Shown here piece by piece: positions 56,797 to 64,000 of a stretch of DNA of 64,000 nucleotides. The notes under the pieces were generated by a model. It was given only the letters and a program-made list of their open reading frames with translations. It was not told the DNA's origin and made no database searches. Source of the stretch: Hyphomicrobiales bacterium (GTDB lineage Bacteria; Pseudomonadota; Alphaproteobacteria; Rhizobiales; CAJQND01); NCBI GenBank assembly GCA_965204985.1, contig CBDBFP010000003.1:316027-380026 (forward strand). Reading direction: 5' to 3'. How positions within the stretch are numbered: the first letter of the stretch is position 1; each line of letters starts with the position of its first letter. Made by a program: the position numbers and the translations under genes.

Positions 56797-57720
56797 ATGG
56801 ATGCATCACTGGTTCTGATCCAGTTCCTGAACGGAATGCAACTGGGTGTGTTGCTCTTCCTGTTGGCTTCTGGCCTAACGCTTACGTTCGGCATCATGGA
56901 TTTCGTCAATCTGGCGCATGGCAGCCTTTACATGATTGGCGCCTTTTTCTGCGCTTCTCTCACTTTTTGGACAGGTTCCTTTGTCTGGGGTCTCTTACTG
57001 GCCATTCCGTGTACGGCCGCCATTGGGCTTGCCACCGAACTTGTGGTCATCCGTCATCTCTATGCCCGCGATCACCTAGACCATGTGCTGGCCACATTCG
57101 GGCTCATTCTGTGTTTCGACAAACTCGCTGAACTGACCTGGGGTGCCGAGGGTATCTCCGTCCCGCTGCCAGCCTGGCTCAATGGACAGGTCACAGTGCT
57201 CCCGGACATTGTATTCCCCTCATTCAGGCTGTTGATCATCGTTGGAGGATTGCTGGTGGCCGCGGGGCTCTATTGGCTGGTCAATCACACACGCCTTGGC
57301 ATGCTCATTCGCGCCGGTGCGTCCAACAGGACAATGGTGGGTGCGCTCGGGGTCGACATTCAAACCCTGTTCACAGCGGTATTTGCCCTTGGCGCTGTGC
57401 TGGCTGGTTTGGCAGGTATGCTGATCGCGCCAATCACGGAAGCCTCCATTGGCATGGGCAACGAGATCATCATTACAGCGTTTGTGGTCATCATTGTGGG
57501 CGGCATCGGTTCCATGAAAGGCGCGTTTATCGCCGCAATCATCATCGGCTTGATTGACACCCTGGGCCGTTCATTCCTGGACGACCTCTTCAAGCTGTTC
57601 ATGTCCAATTCTGCTGCGGAAACCTCCGCACCTGCGGTCTCAGCCATGCTGATTTACATCCTTATGGCCGTGGTTCTGGCAATAAGACCTCAGGGTCTGT
57701 TCCCGCCAAAAGTGCGCTGA
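56797..57720 (+). CDS. ABC permease (LivH family)
   Basis: A polytopic membrane protein with FVNLAHGSLYMIGAF. Confidence 0.8.
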   Translation: MDASLVLIQFLNGMQLGVLLFLLASGLTLTFGIMDFVNLAHGSLYMIGAFFCASLTFWTGSFVWGLLLAIPCTAAIGLATELVVIRHLYARDHLDHVLATFGLILCFDKLAELTWGAEGISVPLPAWLNGQVTVLPDIVFPSFRLLIIVGGLLVAAGLYWLVNHTRLGMLIRAGASNRTMVGALGVDIQTLFTAVFALGAVLAGLAGMLIAPITEASIGMGNEIIITAFVVIIVGGIGSMKGAFIAAIIIGLIDTLGRSFLDDLFKLFMSNSAAETSAPAVSAMLIYILMAVVLAIRPQGLFPPKVR

Positions 57721-57721
57721 C

Positions 57722-58732
57722 ATGAGCAATCTCAGCGTAGTAAGCGGTTCACGCCCAAAACTAAACCTCAGCCTGAGCAACTGGTTCACGCTGGCCTGTC
57801 TTGTCGCGCTGGCACTTGCGCCATTTGCCATCAACCTTTTCGGAAACGCCTTCTGGCTCGATATTGCAACGCGGCTGGTCATTCTCTCCATCGCTGCGGT
57901 CAGCCTAAACCTCATTCTCGGGTTCGGCGGCATGGTCTCTTTCGGACATGCAGCGTACCTGGGTATCGGCGCCTATTGTGTGGGCATTCCTACCTATCAC
58001 GCGCTTTTCGGTGAGTTCGAAATCATCGCTTCCAACAGCGGCATCTTCCATGTGTTTCTGGCGGTTGTGACATCTGCATTCTTTGCCTTGATTACGGGGG
58101 TAATATCACTCCGCACCAAAAGCGTCTATTTCATCATGATCACTATGGCCTTCGGCCAGATGATCTTTTACCTGTTCGTTTCCTTGTCCGAATACGGTGC
58201 CGATGATGGCCTGGTGATCACGAGCCGGTCAGAAGTTCCCGGCCTCGATACGGGCAATCCACTCACCTTCTATCTGATCAGCTACGCTTCGTTGCTGGTT
58301 GTACTTTATCTCGTACATCGCATCGTCAATTCACGCTTCGGCATGGTCATACAAGGTGCAAAGGATAACGAAGAACGCATGCGGTCTTTGGGCTACAACC
58401 CGTACATTTACCGGCTGGCGGCCTTTGTCATTGCTGGCGCGATTTGCGGGTATGCCGGCGCGTTGCTGGGCAACTTCACCAGTTTCATTTCACCTGAAAT
58501 GATGGACTGGGCGGCCTCTGGCGAGTTGATGTTCATGGTTATTCTCGGCGGTGCCAGCAGCATCTTCGGACCCGTTATCGGAGCTGCAGCCTTCCTTTTG
58601 CTCGAACAGCTATTGTCCATTTTCACCATCCATTGGCACCTGCCATTCGGCATCCTGCTCATTCTGACGGTTTTGTTCGTCAAAGGTGGTGTTTCCGGAT
58701 TGTTGGATCGTCTGGGAGGCAAGAATGGCTGA
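57722..58732 (+). CDS. ABC permease (LivM family)
   Basis: A polytopic membrane protein with GMVSFGHAAYLGIGAY. Confidence 0.8.
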   Translation: MSNLSVVSGSRPKLNLSLSNWFTLACLVALALAPFAINLFGNAFWLDIATRLVILSIAAVSLNLILGFGGMVSFGHAAYLGIGAYCVGIPTYHALFGEFEIIASNSGIFHVFLAVVTSAFFALITGVISLRTKSVYFIMITMAFGQMIFYLFVSLSEYGADDGLVITSRSEVPGLDTGNPLTFYLISYASLLVVLYLVHRIVNSRFGMVIQGAKDNEERMRSLGYNPYIYRLAAFVIAGAICGYAGALLGNFTSFISPEMMDWAASGELMFMVILGGASSIFGPVIGAAAFLLLEQLLSIFTIHWHLPFGILLILTVLFVKGGVSGLLDRLGGKNG

Positions 58733-59471
58733 CATCATCCTCCAGACCAACAATCTCCTGAAGTCCTTTGGCGGGGTCACGGCAACTGATCACGTCTCCA
58801 TCGCCGTGGAACAAGGCGAATGCCATGCGGTGATCGGCCCGAATGGTGCAGGCAAGACCACCCTTATTTCCCAGCTTTCAGGGATGCTGAAACCTGATGA
58901 GGGACAAATCCACTTTGATGGCCGAGAAATCACCAACGAACCGGCTCAAGCACGCTCGCACCTCGGACTAGCACGATCCTTCCAGATTACTTCCGTCTTC
59001 ATGGGCATGTCGGTGCTCGACAACGTGGCGCTCGCCGTTCAAGCGCACCAGGGTCACTCCTTCCGGTTCTGGCGCCCGGCCCGCGCTGATGCAGCCTTAC
59101 GCGAACCCGCCATGGCGATGTTGGAAAAGGTTGGATTGCAGGCACGCGCCAATGATCTGGCCTCCGTTATGTCCCACGGCGAAAGACGCCAGCTTGAGAT
59201 TGCGATGGCTCTCGCAACAGGACCTCACCTGATGCTCCTTGATGAACCAATGGCAGGCATGGGCCCGGAGGAGTCCACTGTGATGGTGGATACACTGAAG
59301 AACCTGGAGGACATGACACTACTCCTCGTGGAACACGATATGGACGCCGTGTTTGCTCTCGCTGACCGGATTTCGGTCATGGTCTATGGCCGCCTGATAG
59401 CGACGGGAACACCGGACGAAATTCGCTCCAATCAATCCGTCCGCGAAGCCTATCTCGGAGAGGCCGCGTAA
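58725..59471 (+). CDS. ABC ATP-binding protein (LivG family)
   Basis: GPNGAGKTT, HGERRQLE, and MLLDEP motifs. The start at MADIIL overlaps the LivM-family stop. Confidence 0.85.
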   Translation: MADIILQTNNLLKSFGGVTATDHVSIAVEQGECHAVIGPNGAGKTTLISQLSGMLKPDEGQIHFDGREITNEPAQARSHLGLARSFQITSVFMGMSVLDNVALAVQAHQGHSFRFWRPARADAALREPAMAMLEKVGLQARANDLASVMSHGERRQLEIAMALATGPHLMLLDEPMAGMGPEESTVMVDTLKNLEDMTLLLVEHDMDAVFALADRISVMVYGRLIATGTPDEIRSNQSVREAYLGEAA

Positions 59472-60172
59472 TGTTGAAGGTCAGCGGTCTGGAAAGTGCA
59501 TACGGCGTCTCGCAGGTGCTCTTTGGCGTGGAGCTTTATGTAAAGGCTGGCGAAGTGGTCACTCTTCTTGGCCGAAATGGTATGGGCAAGACCACAACCA
59601 TCAACTCGATTATGGGCATTATGACTCCGCGAGCGGGCACAGTGTATTTTGACGGCAACGAGATCGCCGGCGAGCGCTCCTTCAAAATTGCCAAGAGTGG
59701 TCTGGGGCTCGTACCGGAAGGCCGGCAGATCTTTCCAAACCTGTCCGTACGTGAAAACCTGGTGGCCACAGCAGCCAACCGCCTGAGCGACAAGACGCCC
59801 TGGACCCTTGAACGCATCTATTCCATGTTCCCTGCCTTGGAGGGTCGCAAGTCCTCAATAGGTAATCTTCTGTCCGGCGGAGAACAACAAATGCTCGCCA
59901 TTGGCCGGGCGCTCATGACAAACCCCAAACTCCTCATTCTGGACGAGGCAACTGAAGGTCTGGCCCCACTGATCCGGGAGGAAATATGGGAGTGCCTAAA
60001 GCGGATCAAGGACGAGGGTTTGTCTATCCTGGTGGTCGACAAGAATGTGACTGATCTCATCAAGCTTGCCGACCGGCACTACGTGATCGAAAAAGGCAAG
60101 ACGGTCTGGTCTGGAACCTCCGACGAGTTGAGAGAAAACCGCGAATTGCAGGAGCGTTATCTCGGTGTCTAG
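59471..60172 (+). CDS. ABC ATP-binding protein (LivF family)
   Basis: GRNGMGKTT, LSGGEQQML, and LILDEA motifs. Confidence 0.85.
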   Translation: MLKVSGLESAYGVSQVLFGVELYVKAGEVVTLLGRNGMGKTTTINSIMGIMTPRAGTVYFDGNEIAGERSFKIAKSGLGLVPEGRQIFPNLSVRENLVATAANRLSDKTPWTLERIYSMFPALEGRKSSIGNLLSGGEQQMLAIGRALMTNPKLLILDEATEGLAPLIREEIWECLKRIKDEGLSILVVDKNVTDLIKLADRHYVIEKGKTVWSGTSDELRENRELQERYLGV

Positions 60173-60991
60173 ATTGATGGGTTCCGTAGCACTGGCGTTT
60201 GTCTTGATCTGTTCGCCAGCCTGGGCAGACACAGGCGATGATGAACTCAACAAATTCGTCCGGGTGCTCCACGATGGTGTGCTCAGCCTTGAGCGTAGTC
60301 CGCTTGCTCAGCAAATCATTCTTTGCGGAGGGCACAGGATATACCGGTGAAATCGTCCCCCTGAAGGAAACAAAACTCCTCGCGCCGGTCAAACCCTCGA
60401 AGGGTCTCGCCATCGCGCTAAATTATGCCAGCCACGGTGGGTCGCCCACGCGCGATATCGGCATGTTTTCTAAACTGCCGTCGTCCATCATTGGCCCCGG
60501 TGAAACCATTACACCACCACCAGATTCCACTGGCGTGCATTACGAAGGCGAGATGGTTGTGGTGATGGGCGCGCGGGCGAGAAACATCAGCGATGGGCGA
60601 AACCGCTGACCAAATTTTCGGCATCACAATTGGAAACGATATATCCGAACGCAGCATCGGAACGGGCAGGTTCTCTGTCATCAGGGGCAAGGGCTCCGAC
60701 ACTTTCGGCCCACTCGGCCCTTGAACCGTTCGCAGGCTGAAATATGACGACCTGGAGATGATCACACGGTTGAATGGGGAGGTCGTTCAAAAGACCCGCA
60801 CTTCGAAAATGCTCAATGGCACCCACCGGATCATCAGTTACATCTCCCAATACATCACTCTGGAACCAGGCGATGTGATCTACACGGGCACATCGGGCAC
60901 CACCAGCAGCATAAGCACAGGTGACATTGTTGAGGTGCAGATCGAAGGCATCGGCACGCTGAAAAACCCGGTCAGGGCGCCGAATAAATAA
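60165..60991 (+). pseudogene. Fumarylacetoacetate hydrolase (FAH)-family gene, decayed
   Basis: FAH-like pieces lie in three segments: LLAPVKP...ALNYASH / GETADQIFGITIGNDISERS...GKGSDTFGPLGP / LNGEVVQKT...PGDVIYTGT. There is a frameshift near 60586, an in-frame TGA at 60721-60723 where GPW is expected, and a further frame change near 60300. Confidence 0.7.
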
Positions 60992-61049
60992 CACTTGCGT
61001 CAACTTCAACCGGCAGTCACTGTCTGGCTGAAGAGGGACGAATTTTTCG

Positions 61050-62012
61050 ATGTTGGAAGACGACCGCAGTCACCGCATTCGGGGCGTGACCTATGGCCTG
61101 CTCGGCGGCCTGTGCTTGAGTTTTGGAGGCACGCTTGTGCGGTTGATTGAAGAGGCCGATGGCTGGCAGATTCTGGCTTATCGCTCGGGCTCATTCACAT
61201 TCACCCTCATCCTGATGATTGTCTGGAAATACGGAACCAAGTGCTTGCCCCAGTTCCGCATCGCCTTCACGCCGATTGGCCTTGCCGTCGCGGTCACGAT
61301 CGGCTCCGGCTTCTGCATGTATCTGTTTGCCATTGTGCACACGACAGTGGCGAACGCAGTCTTCATCATCAGTATGGGGCCATTGGTAACAGCTTCCATT
61401 GCTTGGCCAGTGTTGGGCGAGCGGCTCAACCTGAAGACGTTCTTCATTCTGATGTTCGCGCTCGCAGGCATCACCATCATGCTGACCGAGGCGGTGGGCG
61501 GCGGAAAGCTTCTAGGTAATCTGTTTGCTTTTGGCGCCCTTATTACCTTTGCAGTTTTCGTCATCCTTTGCCGGCTTGCAAAGGATCGCGACATGCTCGC
61601 AGCGACCTGCCTGGGAGGATTCTTCGCCTGTTGTTTCAGCATCTATATGACATCCGGCCAACTCATAATCCCGCCCACTGACTATCTCTATTCCCTGGCA
61701 CTTGGGATCGTTCAAGTCGGACTGGGGTTCTCGTTCATCACTTGGGCCTCGCGATACATTCCAGCTGCGGAAGTGACGCTTCTCACGCTGGTGGAATCTG
61801 TTCTCGGGCCCTTTTGGGCATTTCTGGTTGTTGGTGAAGTGCCTGCGGCCGCGACGCTTCTTGGCGGTTCCATCATCCTTTTTTCCGTGCTCACCTATGC
61901 CATTTTTGCCGTGCGCGAGAGCAAAGCGGAGCAATTAGACGATGATCCGTCGTTTTTGATTGATCGTCCAATTAAAAAATTCTACATTTTTCATCGTCGG
62001 GGTTGGGAGTGA
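61050..62012 (+). CDS. DMT-superfamily (EamA-like) transporter
   Basis: About 10 predicted TM segments with a two-fold EamA-like organisation. The start is uncertain. Confidence 0.7.
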   Translation: MLEDDRSHRIRGVTYGLLGGLCLSFGGTLVRLIEEADGWQILAYRSGSFTFTLILMIVWKYGTKCLPQFRIAFTPIGLAVAVTIGSGFCMYLFAIVHTTVANAVFIISMGPLVTASIAWPVLGERLNLKTFFILMFALAGITIMLTEAVGGGKLLGNLFAFGALITFAVFVILCRLAKDRDMLAATCLGGFFACCFSIYMTSGQLIIPPTDYLYSLALGIVQVGLGFSFITWASRYIPAAEVTLLTLVESVLGPFWAFLVVGEVPAAATLLGGSIILFSVLTYAIFAVRESKAEQLDDDPSFLIDRPIKKFYIFHRRGWE

Positions 62013-62018
62013 TGAGAA

Positions 62019-62612
62019 ATGCCAAAAGTCGGAATGAAATACGTGCGCCGCAAGCAATTGATCGCGGCAGCCATATCCTCAATCCATGAATATGGCCTGG
62101 CGGACGCAACACTCGCCCGCATTGCAAAAAAAGCCGGCGTCTCCAAAGGCATCATTCATCATTATTTCGATGACAAGAACGATCTCATCTTCGAGACCAT
62201 GCGCTCCATGCTCGAAGATCTGCGCGTTGAGATGGTTGCCAGGATGTGTGAATCCGAGACACCGCGCGATCGTGTCTTGGCCATTATCGATGCGAGCTTC
62301 ACGCAGAAGCAGTTTTCCGATGAAGTGATGACCGCCTGGCTGGCGCTTTATGGCTCCGCCAAGAACTCAGCTGCGCTAAAGCGGATCTTCAACATTTATG
62401 CCCGCCGCTTGAAAAGTAATCTGGCCAATGCCTTTGGCCGGCTGCTGAACGATGCGAGTGCAAGAGAAGCCGCGGAAGGCACAGCAGCCATGATTGACGG
62501 CCTCTGGCTGCAATATGCCTTGCGGGGCGGAGAACCGGACCCCGGACATGCCCGGCGCCATTTGCAGTCCTATGTGGACATGCAACTCACCATAAACGGG
62601 CCAAAGCAGTGA
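62019..62612 (+). CDS. betI: TetR-family choline-responsive repressor BetI
   Basis: The N-terminal [44 protein letters not shown] matches BetI. It lies directly upstream of betA and overlaps it. Confidence 0.8.
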   Translation: MPKVGMKYVRRKQLIAAAISSIHEYGLADATLARIAKKAGVSKGIIHHYFDDKNDLIFETMRSMLEDLRVEMVARMCESETPRDRVLAIIDASFTQKQFSDEVMTAWLALYGSAKNSAALKRIFNIYARRLKSNLANAFGRLLNDASAREAAEGTAAMIDGLWLQYALRGGEPDPGHARRHLQSYVDMQLTINGPKQ

Positions 62613-64000
62613 ACGCGGGGTTTGACCATGTAATCGTTGGCTCCGGATCAGCCGGGTCTGTGCTCGCAAACCGCTTGACCGAAGATGGCAAGCACAAAGT
62701 TCTGGTGCTTGAATATGGCGGCACGGATGTGGGGCCGTTCATTCAGATGCCCTCGGCGCTTTCATTCCCCATGAACATGAGCACCTATGACTGGGGATAC
62801 CGCACCAAGCCTGAGCCACACCTAGACGGCCGTGAATTGGCCTGCCCGCGTGGCAAGGTCATTGGCGGCTCTTCCTCCATCAACGGCATGGTCTATGTGC
62901 GTGGCCACGCCAGAGACTTTGACACCTGGGAGGAAATGGGCGCCTCAGGCTGGGGATATCGCCATATCCTCCCATATTTCAAACGGCTGGAGACATCCCA
63001 CGGCGGTGAAGAGGGCTGGCGCGGAACCGATGGCCCTCTCCATGTGACACGCGGTAAACGGAACAATCCACTCCATAAGGCGTTCGTGGAAGCTGGCCGC
63101 GAGGCCGGATATCCCATGACCGAAGATTACAACGGTTCCCAACAGGAAGGTTTCGGCGCCATGGAAATGACGGTCTGGGGCGGGCGCCGCTGGTCGTCGG
63201 CCAATGCATTCCTTCGCCCGGCGCTGAAGCGCAAAAATCTGGAACTGATAACCCGCGCCCGCGCACGGCGTGTCGTCTTCGAAGGCAAACGCGCGGTGGG
63301 CGTCGAATACGAGCGCGGAGGCGAGACACTCATCGCACGCGCTAATCGTGAGGTTATCCTGGCCGCCAGTGCGATCAACTCCCCTGCCCTGCTTCAGCAT
63401 TCCGGCATCGGCAACAAGAAGCACCTGAAAGCTGCAGGCATAGATGTCCTGCATCATCTCCCGGGGGTTGGAGAAAACCTGCAGGATCATCTGGAAGTCT
63501 ATCTGCAGGTTGAGTGCAAAGAGCCTGTTTCTCTGAACGGTAATCTGGGTTTTTTCTCCAAAGGTATGATTGGACTGGAATGGCTGCTCTTCAAATCCGG
63601 GCTCGGCGCCACAAACCATTTTGAGAGCTGCGCCTTCATTCGCTCCAAAGCTGGTGTCGAATACCCCGACATCCAGTACCATTTCCTTCCAGCGGCCATA
63701 CGCTATGACGGCAAACAGGCCTCAAAGGGCCACGGCTTTCAGGCACACGTGGGACCACAACGCATGCGGTCCCGCGGCTACGTGCGTGCAACCTCACCCG
63801 ATCCTGCCGAAGCGCCGGAGATCTTTTTCAACTACCTCGCCGATAAGAAGGACATGAAGGATTTCATAAAATGCGTGCGCCTGACACGGGAGATCTTCAA
63901 CCAACCGGCCATAGGCAGATACAAGGGCGCGGAAATCCAGCCCGGCGATGATGCCCAAACTGATGAGGCGATTGAAGCCTTTATCCGCGAGCACGCGGAA
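62609..64000 (+). CDS. betA: Choline dehydrogenase (GMC oxidoreductase), 3' end outside the window
   Basis: The GTG start overlaps the betI stop. Contains [22 protein letters not shown] and [18 protein letters not shown]. The frame is open for 464 codons to the window edge and is not listed in the ORF track because it has no stop. Confidence 0.85.
   Translation, partial: MNAGFDHVIVGSGSAGSVLANRLTEDGKHKVLVLEYGGTDVGPFIQMPSALSFPMNMSTYDWGYRTKPEPHLDGRELACPRGKVIGGSSSINGMVYVRGHARDFDTWEEMGASGWGYRHILPYFKRLETSHGGEEGWRGTDGPLHVTRGKRNNPLHKAFVEAGREAGYPMTEDYNGSQQEGFGAMEMTVWGGRRWSSANAFLRPALKRKNLELITRARARRVVFEGKRAVGVEYERGGETLIARANREVILAASAINSPALLQHSGIGNKKHLKAAGIDVLHHLPGVGENLQDHLEVYLQVECKEPVSLNGNLGFFSKGMIGLEWLLFKSGLGATNHFESCAFIRSKAGVEYPDIQYHFLPAAIRYDGKQASKGHGFQAHVGPQRMRSRGYVRATSPDPAEAPEIFFNYLADKKDMKDFIKCVRLTREIFNQPAIGRYKGAEIQPGDDAQTDEAIEAFIREHAE

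Overview
This 64-kb window looks like a moderately GC-rich proteobacterial chromosome. G+C was about 53% on the one backbone line I counted. The gene content suggests an alphaproteobacterium, but that is inference only.

Backbone genes:
- the 3' end of hpnH
- modABC next to a TupBCA-like oxyanion transporter, with a divergent HTH plus periplasmic-binding-domain regulator
- a quaternary-amine cluster: L-carnitine-dehydrogenase-like enzyme, BKACE enzyme, two SDRs, a Rieske oxygenase, choline sulfatase and a GbdR/CdhR-type regulator
- three LIV-type ABC transporter sets
- an acyl-CoA synthetase with two acyl-CoA dehydrogenases
- a DapA-family lyase, a DD-carboxypeptidase, and a COG0523/ArsC-like pair
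- a TusA-like gene, the NAD-linked formate dehydrogenase genes fdsB and fdsA, and a MarC-family gene
- a decayed aromatic-type cluster
- the start of betI-betA

The most interesting part is a nested mobile-element island at 21.2-30.7 kb. A 1.1-kb IS630-family element (23/26-nt terminal inverted repeats) is split by an 8.39-kb insertion. The insertion is flanked by a 6-bp direct repeat, ATTCAT. Removing it restores the transposase motif REYEYIRHGT in frame.

The insertion starts with an IS1380-family left end and carries:
- two direct copies of a ~1.07-kb low-GC cassette encoding a Sel1-like secreted or anchored protein, each copy broken by different indels
- a second IS1380 left end with an internally deleted transposase
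- a translationally coupled pair: a single-HKD PLD-family nuclease-like protein, apparently 5'-truncated at the IS, and a ~1060-aa SNF2/DrmD-like SF2 helicase

I read this pair as a candidate stand-alone helicase-nuclease defence module moved by ISEcp1-style one-ended transposition. It does not match a complete DISARM, Dpd or Mokosh system.

All family assignments come from motif recognition by eye. No database search was possible.
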